Source: Candidatus Micrarchaeota archaeon (GTDB taxonomy: Archaea; Micrarchaeota; Micrarchaeia; Anstonellales; Bilamarchaeaceae). From it: a DNA stretch of 64,000 bases. The stretch spans positions 18,233 through 82,232 of the forward strand of contig JBFMCO010000022.1 of the NCBI GenBank assembly GCA_040754495.1, read 5' to 3'. The first letter of the stretch is position 1. Each line of letters begins with the position of its first letter. Positions 31,778 through 40,295 of this stretch are shown here, piece after piece. The notes beneath the pieces were generated by a model. The model made no database searches and was not told the origin of the DNA. It saw only the letters and a program-made list of their open reading frames with translations. The position numbers and the translations under genes are program-made.

Positions 31778-34700
31778 TCACAGGAAATCGGACAGCCCCA
31801 TCTGCTTGACCTTGTCGTCCTCGAATATGCTCTTTATCTCCCGCTCGACAAGCACCAGCCTCTGCTTCAGGTAGGAGGGAAGGTCGTAGCGGTCGCATAT
31901 GTCGCGGGATATCTCCAGGTATTTCTCGATTCCGCCCTTGTTGATTGTGAGGAGGAGGTTGCCCCCGCAGCGCGCGCACTTGCCCGCCAAGGGCACCCTG
32001 CGGAAGATGGTGTTGCACGAGACGCAGCGGAAGGTCTGCCTTGAGAAGGAGCGCAGGTTGCCGTAGAGGTCCGGGATGAAATGGCTCAGTATCAGGCGCT
32101 CGGCTGCATCGCGCCTATCAACCGGGCGGAGGCGGCCCTGGAGCCTGAACTGTATGTCTATCTTGTCCGGTATGGACTGCAGCTCCACGTAAGCCGTCCG
32201 TATGTTCCCGACATCAAGCGTGCCGCCCGGATGCGTGATGGGAAGCTCGTACTGCTCGTCGGTCCCCAGGACGTCCTTCACGGTCTTGAGCTTCACCTCG
32301 CCCGGCGGCGCGAAGCGCTCCGCGGCCTCGTAGAACTCGAGGGGGTAGCGCGAGACGATTTCGATGCAGTGCGCCTCGTCGTCCACCTCCTTGGGGTTTA
32401 TCTCTATGGAGAGCACGAGGGGCGCGTCCATGGTGCCCCCGCGCTTCTCGTCGAGGAACCTGCGGGAGAAGTTGATGAGGGCGTCCATCAGGAGCATCAC
32501 GCAGTCCTCGTCGCCGTCGCACCGAATCGTAAAGACCTGGTTGTTCAGAAGAACATTCTTTTCTTCCAGGGATTGGCCTTCCACATCGAGGCAGTATGCC
32601 GGAACTCCGTCTGTGAATTTCTCAATCGACCTGACCTTATCGAAAATATAGTCGCTTTGAGGCACGACCGTGAACAGCTTATTCTGGTATTTGATAAATC
32701 GCGCATCGCTCGACAGACCGTTTCTTCTCAGTTCGGACATTCGTTCTGCCTTATGCTTCACAGAGGGCGCGCAGATATTTGCAAAGGCATATAGGTCGGT
32801 GCCATAAAGACTAATGAATCTCTGCGAAAGCAAACGCGGGGTTTTTCCGAGCTCTTTATACCTTTCAAGGACCTTTTTGCCAGGCAAACGCGGTTTGGTT
32901 TTGCCATACCTGCAGAAGATTCCAAATCGCAAAAGCAGCGTGCCGAAATCCTCCAAAAGATTTTGTGAAACGGAGTAGAAGTGCATTCTCGGGGGGGTGG
33001 CGATTACACTTCCATCTCCGTCAAAATAAGCAGAAATAAAGGATTTGACAAGACGGTCAGGCAGTGAAAAGACGAGATTTGGAACCCGTTTCGTGTAGGC
33101 ATTTGAGCCGGTCTTCAAGACTTTATCAAACAGAAGGTGGATTATCCGGCTGCACATTGTTATCTGAGTGCCGTTCTCGCCAAGATAAGGGTTCGTCATA
33201 AAAACGCTTTTGATGGCGGCAATAAGCCGGTTCTGCATTATTTTATTGCAAACCCTGAAGCTGACCTGATAACACGAAGGGCTTCTCCGTGCATACCCCT
33301 CTGAGACGAAGTAGCCGAGAATGAGCATCAGGTCCTCATCTATTGGAATTCTTACCGGCAGCCCCAGGTTATCTCTCTTCATGGCAATTTTTGCATCCAT
33401 GGGCAAATCCTCAAAATTGCACACCCCCTCTTCCACAAGGATTTCGAAATGGGAGAGTGGAACGCGTCCATACCACCTGCTCGGAGTCCGTCTCTCGATT
33501 TTGTTGAGCGGCAGGATTCTGAGCAGCAAATCGCGATGATTATAGAATATTTTCTTGAAAAAATCCTTCGAGCGAAGTATTATCGCTTCTTTTTCTTCCT
33601 TTTTTAGTGGAGATAGGGCCTTTGCAAGATTGAGCACGCGGGAGTCGTCTATCGTGTGCGGATTGAATTTTATGCAAACTGGCAGATCGGAGCCTTCAGT
33701 CATATCTTTTGCCTGAACTGCGCTAAGCGCCCCTTTGTTGAGGCAAAGAATATTATGGTCGGGAGTCACGGTAATCTCCCGGTGGGTGGTTGTCGTAAGC
33801 TTAATCCATTTATCGGGAGCCTTTGCTCTGATGAAGCATTTGATTTTTTTACGGATTGTTTTGTGGGATTGGAGGTCTATTCCGAATGAGTAAAGAGTTC
33901 CGGGAACTTCCACTTTTTCTGTATAAGCATCAAGCCGCTTGACCCTGTCGGGGTATTTGGCAAACATTTCTTCGGTAACATCGCCCAGTGCCCTTTTGAT
34001 ATATTTTTTCTCGTGCTCATCAAATATGATAATCTCGGTTGCCGGATGGAAGCAGTTCCTTCTCTTCGCCGTGTGGAAATACGGGTGGCCGTAGCCGACG
34101 TTGGCCTTGTTGAAGCCCACGATGCGGCACAGGACGCCGGCGCTCGTGTGCGGCGAGAGCCCGACTGCCAGGTGGCCTATCAGGTCGTCCTTCGACTTCA
34201 CGTTGTAGAAGGGCTTCATGCCGTAGAGGTTGATTAGCATGTCGTCGATGAAATCCGCCACACGCATGAAGTACGCGGCGCCGTTCTCGGAGAGGACGAT
34301 GTCCTGGTGCCGCAGCGCCAGCGTCTGGGAGCCGCTCTCGAGGGGCTTGCCAAGATAATCCACGGCATAACCGAGCGCCCTGGCCCTATCGAGGCTTATG
34401 CCCACCTCGTCCGGCGTGAAATGCGTGAGCGGGATGTCTGTCGCGTCGAAGCGGGAGGTGCCGTCCCTGAAAACGTAGACGTCGTGCTTTGCGCGGAGGA
34501 AGCCCTTCTCCAGCCGCTCCGGGATGCGGATGGTGTTCGAGAGGCCCTTCACCCCCTTCACGTCTTCCGGGGAGCTCCCCACCCGGTCCTTCACGCGCTC
34601 GAAGAGCTCCATTATGTCTACGGGCCTGCGGTCGTAGGAGAGCGTCTTCATCTCGCAGTGGATTTCGTACTCGCAGATGCGGCCGCACTTCTGGCATATC

Positions 34701-36658
34701 CGCTCCTCGGCGGCCCTGCCGCCGCAGACGTCGCAGCGCCGGTAATAGCCGAGGCGGCGGCATTTTTCGCATCGCAGCCTGGCGAGCTCCAGGTTGATCG
34801 TCTTCTCGCCCTCGGCACCCCTGAGGGCACGGTGGACCTTGCTCAGGCTCCGGTTCTTGAACGAGCCGGTCGGGAAGAGGACGTGCGGCGAGCCGTCCAT
34901 CTTCCTTTCCTTTGCCTTCTCCGGCCTGCCCATGCGCGCTCCTATATAAGTAGGAGCCTTGGCCTTGATGCGTATCTGGGAGGCCGCGTTCACGATTTCG
35001 AGCGCGCCCTTTGCGGCATCGTATGCCGCTTCGAAGCGGGAGAGGTCTATGCGGCCATCCGAAAGCGCCCCCAGCGAAGAGAGGAGCGCGTACGCGTCGT
35101 CGCCGTCAAGGATGACATTCCCGTCGTGCACCCTGTGCTCCGCGAGGAGCTCCTCCAGGGCCCTTTTCGCAGGCGATGGCGGAAGGACGAGCGAGCGGAG
35201 CCTGCCATCGTGCATCTCCAGCTTCCCGCCCTTGAGCCAGTCCGCCAGGGATTTGAGCTGGTCCGGCGACAGGTCGTGCCAGTGGAATGTGTAGCGCGGA
35301 TGTAGAGGCACGCCATGCGTCCGCGAGAATGCAAAAAGCCCCGGCGCGTCCATGGCGGCAGGAGGCTGGACTCCCTTGGATTCGAGCTCGCGCTCCCACC
35401 ACTCTTCGCAGTAGCCGGATGGCATGAGGGGGTGGTTGGACTTGTGGAAATCGCCGTACGTGCAGAGCAGGTCGCCCAGGAAAAGGATTTCTTCCACCTC
35501 GTCCTTGATGCCGTACGACTCCTCCAGCGTCCGCACCTTCATCACGCGCCCGCTTTTGAGCTTCACGACCGGCGGCTCGAGCCCCTCGTGCGCCGCGACC
35601 ACGCAGCCCTTCCCGGGGCGCTCTATCTTCATGTGAGTCCCGTAGGCCAGGAAGTTGTCGAGCAGTATCATCGTGGCAGGATGGACGTCCTTGCCCATGA
35701 GGCAGGTGGTCTTGCTCCTGCCGTAGCGCAACCGGAACCCGCCCTTGGCCGAAGGGTGGCTGAAGACCGGCCTCCCCGCTACAAGCCCTTCCATGTAGGT
35801 CCAGTCCGGCTTCACCTCGACCTTGTCCGCCTTTTTCTTTATCTTGATGATTTTCTCGAGCCAGTCCCAGCCCAGCTTGAGCTTCTTGGCGTATTTGAGG
35901 AGCTTGGCGGCCTTCGCTGCCACGCCCTCGCACATGACGAGGGGCACGCCGCCGCGCACGCGGTCCGTCTCCACTCCCGGCACCCCGCGGTAGGTCGAGA
36001 CCTCGATTTCCTCGGTCGGGTCGCCGTCTATGCAGACCGGGCAGTTGGATGCTATCACGCGCACGTCGTCCTCCGGCGGCATGTACTGGAGGTGGGTTAC
36101 GCGCGTCTCGTATGTCGTTACCTCCTCGTAGTATCTTGCAATCTGGGAGTCCGTGGCGCGGTAGTCCCCCACGCTGCATACGCGGCGCGCGATGTCGGCA
36201 AGCACCAGGCTGAGGGCGGCCGCAGTGCCTCCTGCGCTCCGGATGGGGCCCGCATAATAGACCGCCACGTAGTCGCTCCCGTCCGGGTTGCGCTTTATCC
36301 TCACTTTCGCTATGCCCTCGGTCGGGGCGACCAGGACGCCCTCGGTGAGTATGCCGAGGCCCGTCCTCACCGCCTGTTCGATGAGAAGCTCCTTGGACGC
36401 CTTCATCAGCTCGCCGCCGGCGATTTTGCGTGCGATTTCGAACGCGATGTCCTCGCGGCCCATGCCACCTTTTTCCATGTCCCGGATGAGATCTGCCACT
36501 CCGGGGGGGCCGACGATACCCTCCACGCGGGCGGCGATGTCCTTGGCTATCTTGACTTCTATGTCGTCGCTCGGGTCATAGCCGAGCCTCCTTGCCTCTG
36601 AGGCGACGGCGTATGCCTTCTGCAGCCCCTCGCGGAGCGTCTCCACATACTCTCCCAT
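31778..36658 (-). CDS. polC: DNA polymerase II (PolD) large subunit DP2, interrupted by one intein
   Basis: 1,626 aa. Zn-finger run CEKCRRLGYYRRCDVCGG...CQKCG. Catalytic region GHPYFHTAKRRN|C...|CDGDEDCVMLLMDALINFSRRFLDEKRGGTMDAPLVL, which is contiguous in intein-free DP2. Confidence 0.9.
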   Translation of the reverse strand: MGEYVETLREGLQKAYAVASEARRLGYDPSDDIEVKIAKDIAARVEGIVGPPGVADLIRDMEKGGMGREDIAFEIARKIAGGELMKASKELLIEQAVRTGLGILTEGVLVAPTEGIAKVRIKRNPDGSDYVAVYYAGPIRSAGGTAAALSLVLADIARRVCSVGDYRATDSQIARYYEEVTTYETRVTHLQYMPPEDDVRVIASNCPVCIDGDPTEEIEVSTYRGVPGVETDRVRGGVPLVMCEGVAAKAAKLLKYAKKLKLGWDWLEKIIKIKKKADKVEVKPDWTYMEGLVAGRPVFSHPSAKGGFRLRYGRSKTTCLMGKDVHPATMILLDNFLAYGTHMKIERPGKGCVVAAHEGLEPPVVKLKSGRVMKVRTLEESYGIKDEVEEILFLGDLLCTYGDFHKSNHPLMPSGYCEEWWERELESKGVQPPAAMDAPGLFAFSRTHGVPLHPRYTFHWHDLSPDQLKSLADWLKGGKLEMHDGRLRSLVLPPSPAKRALEELLAEHRVHDGNVILDGDDAYALLSSLGALSDGRIDLSRFEAAYDAAKGALEIVNAASQIRIKAKAPTYIGARMGRPEKAKERKMDGSPHVLFPTGSFKNRSLSKVHRALRGAEGEKTINLELARLRCEKCRRLGYYRRCDVCGGRAAEERICQKCGRICEYEIHCEMKTLSYDRRPVDIMELFERVKDRVGSSPEDVKGVKGLSNTIRIPERLEKGFLRAKHDVYVFRDGTSRFDATDIPLTHFTPDEVGISLDRARALGYAVDYLGKPLESGSQTLALRHQDIVLSENGAAYFMRVADFIDDMLINLYGMKPFYNVKSKDDLIGHLAVGLSPHTSAGVLCRIVGFNKANVGYGHPYFHTAKRRNCFHPATEIIIFDEHEKKYIKRALGDVTEEMFAKYPDRVKRLDAYTEKVEVPGTLYSFGIDLQSHKTIRKKIKCFIRAKAPDKWIKLTTTTHREITVTPDHNILCLNKGALSAVQAKDMTEGSDLPVCIKFNPHTIDDSRVLNLAKALSPLKKEEKEAIILRSKDFFKKIFYNHRDLLLRILPLNKIERRTPSRWYGRVPLSHFEILVEEGVCNFEDLPMDAKIAMKRDNLGLPVRIPIDEDLMLILGYFVSEGYARRSPSCYQVSFRVCNKIMQNRLIAAIKSVFMTNPYLGENGTQITMCSRIIHLLFDKVLKTGSNAYTKRVPNLVFSLPDRLVKSFISAYFDGDGSVIATPPRMHFYSVSQNLLEDFGTLLLRFGIFCRYGKTKPRLPGKKVLERYKELGKTPRLLSQRFISLYGTDLYAFANICAPSVKHKAERMSELRRNGLSSDARFIKYQNKLFTVVPQSDYIFDKVRSIEKFTDGVPAYCLDVEGQSLEEKNVLLNNQVFTIRCDGDEDCVMLLMDALINFSRRFLDEKRGGTMDAPLVLSIEINPKEVDDEAHCIEIVSRYPLEFYEAAERFAPPGEVKLKTVKDVLGTDEQYELPITHPGGTLDVGNIRTAYVELQSIPDKIDIQFRLQGRLRPVDRRDAAERLILSHFIPDLYGNLRSFSRQTFRCVSCNTIFRRVPLAGKCARCGGNLLLTINKGGIEKYLEISRDICDRYDLPSYLKQRLVLVEREIKSIFEDDKVKQMGLSDFL
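32522..34054 (-). mobile_element. intein (511 aa) with LAGLIDADG homing-endonuclease domain in PolD DP2
   Basis: Starts CFHPATEIIIFD after KRRN. Block B ITVTPDHNIL. LAGLIDADG motifs LILGYFVSEGYA and FISAYFDGDGSV. Block F-like AYCLDVEG. Ends ...NVLLNNQVFTIR directly before CDGDED. Confidence 0.8.
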
Positions 36659-36745
36659 CAGTCCGCCCTGGAAAATTCGAATACCAATTTAAACATGAGC
36701 AAATTAAATAACTCTGCTCTTCCGGCAGAGGCCGGAGGCTCTTTC

Positions 36746-36960
36746 GCCGAGGTAGCTCAGTCGGCTAGAGTGCTCGACTCATAGGTAAAGTCCGATGAGT
36801 GATGAGGTCTGAGACCGATGATATTAGCGCACTCAACTGAGACATCGAGAGGTCGGGGATTCGAAACGGTCTCCTGCAGCCCGCATCCGGCATCCAGAAC
36901 CCGAAACGGCTGGTTGCTGGCGACTGGTTGCTGGAAACCGCGAACCTTCCCCCCTCGGCA
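36746..36960 (+). tRNA. tRNA(CAU), elongator Met or Ile2 type, with two introns (36784-36843 at 37/38; about 36867-36947 in the T-loop)
   Basis: Acceptor GCCGAGG/CCTCGGC + A. D-arm GCTC-AGTCGGCTA-GAGT. Anticodon stem CTCGA/TCGAG, loop CUCAUA[intron]A. T-arm GGGGA-TTCGAAA[intron]TCCCC. Followed by a T-run. Confidence 0.7.
36793..36840 (+). ncRNA. candidate box C/D guide RNA embedded in tRNA(CAU) intron 1
   Basis: GTGATGA (36799-36805, box C consensus), CTGA (36809-36812), CGATGAT (36816-36822), CTGA (36837-36840) in C-D'-C'-D order. A 12-14 nt spacer lies before box D. Confidence 0.45.
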
Positions 36961-37105
36961 TTTTTCCACTGGTTTACAGTTTCCGGTCCCGGGTTTTCAC
37001 TTGGGAAAAATGCCGGCCCTTGGAGCCGCAGCTCCAAGCGGACGGCAAGCAAAACATATATACGCTTTTTCTCCGATTGACATCCCGCGACCAAAAGGTG
37101 AGACT

Positions 37106-37345
37106 ATGGAACTTCGGAAATGCGAAAGCTGCGGCATGGCTATGGTAAGGCTCTCTGACTTCGGCGGCATGAAGAACGACAACAGGTACTGCAAGCACTG
37201 CGCTTACGACAACGGCGACCTGCGCCCCAGGCACGAGGTGCGCGAGGGGATGATACTCTACTACATGAAGACCAAGGGGAAGGACCGCAGGAGCGCGGAG
37301 GAGTACGTTGACGAAGTGATGGCCGGCCAGCCCGCCTGGCAGTAG
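37106..37345 (+). CDS. small zinc-ribbon protein (79 aa)
   Basis: ATG at 37106 after AAAGGTGAG. MELRKCESCGMAM...RYCKHCAY has two CxxC pairs. The upstream part of ORF 36818..37345 overlaps the tRNA and is rejected. Confidence 0.55.
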   Translation: MELRKCESCGMAMVRLSDFGGMKNDNRYCKHCAYDNGDLRPRHEVREGMILYYMKTKGKDRRSAEEYVDEVMAGQPAWQ

Positions 37346-37434
37346 TGGCAGAGAGAAAAGTTTTCTGTCGCAAGGATTCCGGCGTGAAAACAACCATTTA
37401 TAATTTGTTGATGCGTTTAGCGTAAGGGATTCCC

Positions 37435-37608
37435 ATGACAGACGAAATCAAATTCCCGGCTCCTGAGGGCGGATTGGCCGTGCCGGCCGAGGTGCTTTCG
37501 GAAGCCCAGAAAATAAAGAAAGGCATCTGCCCTTCGTGCGACGGCAGCCTCGTCTTCCAGGAAGGCTGCAAGGTCTGCTATTCCTGCGGCTGGGGCGGCT
37601 GCGAGTAA
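37435..37608 (+). CDS. 57-aa Cys-rich zinc-ribbon protein (not in ORF track, below its size cutoff)
   Basis: Read directly: MTDEIKFPAPEGGLAVPAEVLSEAQKIKKGICPSCDGSLVFQEGCKVCYSCGWGGCE*. The pattern CPxC...EGCxxCxxCGWxxC resembles the C-terminal Zn finger of some ribonucleotide reductases. Confidence 0.5.
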   Translation: MTDEIKFPAPEGGLAVPAEVLSEAQKIKKGICPSCDGSLVFQEGCKVCYSCGWGGCE

Positions 37609-37672
37609 TTCTTGAAAAATCCCTTCGGGATTTTTATTGTTTTCCCTGCTATCCAGTTCCGATGGTGATTGC

Positions 37673-37966
37673 ATGGGGCTCAAGGAACTGAAGCCGGACA
37701 TAGTGAAGGCGTATTTCGATTTCAGCAAGCTCGTCGACAAGACTGACAAGCTCAGCCAGAAGGAGAAGGAGCTGATAGCGGTCGGCGTCTCGCATGCACT
37801 GCTTTGCAGCTTCTGCATAGAGGACCATGTGCAGAAGGCCAGGGTAGCTGGCGCGACTGAAGAGGAGATTGCCGAGGCGATACTGGTAGCCGCGAAGGTA
37901 AGGGCAGGCTCCGCGCTTACATACGCCCAGAAATATGCCTTCAGGAACGAGCCGCCCAAAGGCTAA
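37673..37966 (+). CDS. carboxymuconolactone decarboxylase/AhpD-like family protein
   Basis: From MGLKELKPDI... LSQKEKELIAVGVSHALLCSFCIEDHV has the CxxC..H pattern typical of the CMD/AhpD family. Confidence 0.6.
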   Translation: MGLKELKPDIVKAYFDFSKLVDKTDKLSQKEKELIAVGVSHALLCSFCIEDHVQKARVAGATEEEIAEAILVAAKVRAGSALTYAQKYAFRNEPPKG

Positions 37967-37971
37967 TTAAT
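37964..37971 (+). promoter_or_regulatory. candidate TATA box upstream of tRNA-Ala
   Basis: TAATTAAT ends 26 nt before tRNA position 1 (37997). Confidence 0.35.
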
Positions 37972-37996
37972 CCCTTTTACCAAGTATTTTTTCATT

Positions 37997-38165
37997 GGGC
38001 TCGTAGCTCAGCATCTTGAGGGAAAAGCGCCTAACAATGGGTTTTGGCCCAGCTTTTCCCAAAAGCTGGAAGCAGAGCACTCGCCTTGCAGTTTCCTCGA
38101 AACCGGAAACGGGAAACAGGAGACCGGAACGCGAGGGGCCGGGGGTGCGAGTCCCCCCGAGTCCA
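37997..38165 (+). tRNA. tRNA-Ala(UGC) with two introns (about 38012-38065 in the D-loop; 38091-38129 at 37/38)
   Basis: Acceptor GGGCTCG/CGAGTCC with G3:U70. D-arm GCTC-AG[intron]CTGGAAGCA-GAGC. Anticodon stem CTCGC/GCGAG, loop CUUGCA[intron]C. T-arm GGGGG-TGCGAGT-CCCCC. Discriminator A, then a T-run. Confidence 0.7.
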
Positions 38166-38235
38166 TTTTCTCATTTTGAACCATATGGAAACACTTAAAA
38201 AGCGTAATATACACAATACCCCTAGAGTGGTACTT

Positions 38236-38937
38236 ATGAAGCTTGTTCACGAGCAGGACCGCAAGAAGGACGAGGACAAGGGCATCCCGAAGGGGAAGGC
38301 GCCGCTTCTCGAGGAGATAGGCGGCACCGGGGGATTTTCCAGGAAGGGCTTTGTTCTGGCGGCAGCCGCTGCAGCCATTATCGCGGGCAAGTCCGGCTGC
38401 ACTTACGAAATCGGCGGCGTGCCCGTCCCTGAAGAGGAGGACGGGGGCAACGATGCCGGAGGGGCGGATGCCGATGTAGACGGAGGCGAGGTCACCGACG
38501 GCGGGCATGACGAGGACGCGGGCATGGACGGCGGTCCGGACGCGGATGTCGACGGCGGAGAGACGGATGGCGGCGTCACGGACGGCGGAGAGACCGACGG
38601 TGGCGTAGAAGACGGCGGGACCGATGGCGGCGCTGATGCCGGCGGCCCGCTCTGCGCGGGAGTATACAACGAAGTTGTCGTCAACGGACCTTTCGACAGG
38701 AACGTTGATACGGAAGTCGGCGGGTACTACTTCAGATACCTGTCCTACACGACGACCACGGTCACGATGGACATCCGCTGCGGCTCGGACAGCTCGTTGG
38801 TCGAGGCCGCCCATGTGTTCACTGTCGGCGTGGAGGGCACGATAAACGTCCCTGCCGACAGCAAGAGGATACGCGTCACCGTGAACAGCAAGAACACGTT
38901 CACCGCGAACTGCGATGTAACGGTGGAGAACCTGTAG
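38236..38937 (+). CDS. secreted/Cys-anchored protein, family member 1 (D/G/T-rich linker + conserved C-terminal domain)
   Basis: ATG at 38236. FVLAAAAAAIIAGKSGC, then an acidic DGG-rich linker. C-terminal GPLCAGVYNEVVVNGPFDRNVDTEVGGYYFRYLSYTTTTVTMDIRCG...VPADSKRIRVTVNSKNTFTANCDVTVENL. Confidence 0.7.
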   Translation: MKLVHEQDRKKDEDKGIPKGKAPLLEEIGGTGGFSRKGFVLAAAAAAIIAGKSGCTYEIGGVPVPEEEDGGNDAGGADADVDGGEVTDGGHDEDAGMDGGPDADVDGGETDGGVTDGGETDGGVEDGGTDGGADAGGPLCAGVYNEVVVNGPFDRNVDTEVGGYYFRYLSYTTTTVTMDIRCGSDSSLVEAAHVFTVGVEGTINVPADSKRIRVTVNSKNTFTANCDVTVENL

Positions 38938-38946
38938 GGTGATTTA

Positions 38947-39540
38947 TTGAGATTGCAGCCCCGGAATGAGGAACACAAGGAAGAAAAGAAGGAAGGATTC
39001 GCGAGAGAGCCCCTTCTCGAGAGGGCAGGGAAGAAGGCGGGAATAGCCCTCCTCGCAGCCGGACTTGCCGCAGGCTGCACGTATCAGAGCAGCAGCCTCC
39101 CCAGTGGTGATGGCGGAACTGACGCCCACCAGGATGCCGGCATGGACGGCGGCGCCGATGCAGGACCGGACCTCGATGCGGGACCGGATTCCGGTCTTCC
39201 GGATGCGGGAACGGATGCAGGTTTCGATGCCGGCACGGACGGCGGAGGGCCGCTGTGCGTAGGCGTCTTCAACGAGGCAGTGGTCAATGGGGCCTTCGAC
39301 AAGAACGTGCCGAGGGCCGTGGGCGGATACAGCTTCAATTACACGGCTTACACCACGAGCACAATCACCATGGACATCCGCTGCGGCTCGGACAGCTCGG
39401 GCGTAGCGCTCGGCCAGGTCTTCACTGTCGGAGTCGAGGCCGTAATAGACGTCCCTGCCGACAGCAAGAGGATACGCGTCACCGTGAACAGCAAGAACAC
39501 GTTCACCGCGAACTGCGATGTGACCGTGGAAAACCTCTAG
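38947..39540 (+). CDS. secreted/Cys-anchored protein, family member 2
   Basis: TTG start (uncertain). IALLAAGLAAGC, acidic linker. The same C-terminal domain ends in the identical VPADSKRIRVTVNSKNTFTANCDVTVENL. Confidence 0.65.
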   Translation: MRLQPRNEEHKEEKKEGFAREPLLERAGKKAGIALLAAGLAAGCTYQSSSLPSGDGGTDAHQDAGMDGGADAGPDLDAGPDSGLPDAGTDAGFDAGTDGGGPLCVGVFNEAVVNGAFDKNVPRAVGGYSFNYTAYTTSTITMDIRCGSDSSGVALGQVFTVGVEAVIDVPADSKRIRVTVNSKNTFTANCDVTVENL

Positions 39541-39650
39541 CCTACCCTTATCCCTTTATTCTTATCGCTCCATGCTTCTTATGCGGTCATGATGAGAAGA
39601 GGTATTCCTGAATGATGATGGGACGTCAGAGCTGAACCGCACAGATTTCC

Positions 39651-40175
39651 ATGGAGAAGAAGGCAGAGGGGATTGTAGAGATCGTTTCGGCAGCAGCCAT
39701 CGCCGGAGCTGTCCTTTATTTCTCGAGCGACATATCGGCCCTCGGCTCCTATGGGTATGCCGGGGCATTCCTCATAGCGATGCTCAGTTCGGCCACGATA
39801 ATATTCCCTGCGCCAGGCTGGGCTGCGGTGGTGGCCCTCAGCGGCACCCTGGACCCCCTTCTTCTTGGCATAGTGGTGGGGGCGGGCTCCGCCATCGGCG
39901 AGATTACGGGCTACCTTGCCGGCGACGGCGTGCGGGACATCATGAACAGCCGGCTGAAGGAGGCCAGGAAGTTCGAGGATTTCGTGAAAAAATACGGAAT
40001 CATGGCGATAGCCGTGCTAGCGTTCATACCCAACCCCCTATTCGACATAGCCGGGATTATAGCAGGCGGGCTGAGGATACCGTGGTGGAAGTACCTACTC
40101 TCATGCGCTGCAGGCCGGATAATCAGGTATGTGCTCCTTGCTTACATCGGGGCGTTCACGATAGGCCTGCTCTAG
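39651..40175 (+). CDS. DedA/YqaA-type (VTT domain) membrane protein
   Basis: YAGAFLIAMLSSATIIFPAPGWAAVV...GAGSAIGEITGYLAG...FIPNPLFDIAGIIAG matches the VTT/YqaA pattern. Confidence 0.6.
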   Translation: MEKKAEGIVEIVSAAAIAGAVLYFSSDISALGSYGYAGAFLIAMLSSATIIFPAPGWAAVVALSGTLDPLLLGIVVGAGSAIGEITGYLAGDGVRDIMNSRLKEARKFEDFVKKYGIMAIAVLAFIPNPLFDIAGIIAGGLRIPWWKYLLSCAAGRIIRYVLLAYIGAFTIGLL

Positions 40176-40295
40176 CCTGATGGGAACGTATATAAAGAGG
40201 GAAAAACATAATTATCTGCTTAAAAAAGGGACAAAGTTCGCAAGAAATCTGTTTCTGCGGCCCTTTTTGATACAAAATTACAGGGAGGTGGGGAG

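Noticed and set aside
34307-36601. 332-aa and 428-aa + strand ORFs (34307..35305, 35315..36601) and the 357-aa - strand off-frame ORF (35106..36179)
   Set aside because: They overlap the strongly supported PolD DP2 frame. Their translations are low-complexity Arg/Ala/Glu/His-rich.
36818-37105. Upstream part of ORF 36818..37345, and likewise 38044..38235 of ORF 38044..38937
   Set aside because: These stretches run through the tRNA(CAU) and tRNA-Ala genes. Credible starts with SD-like or TATA-like elements lie downstream (37106 and 38236).
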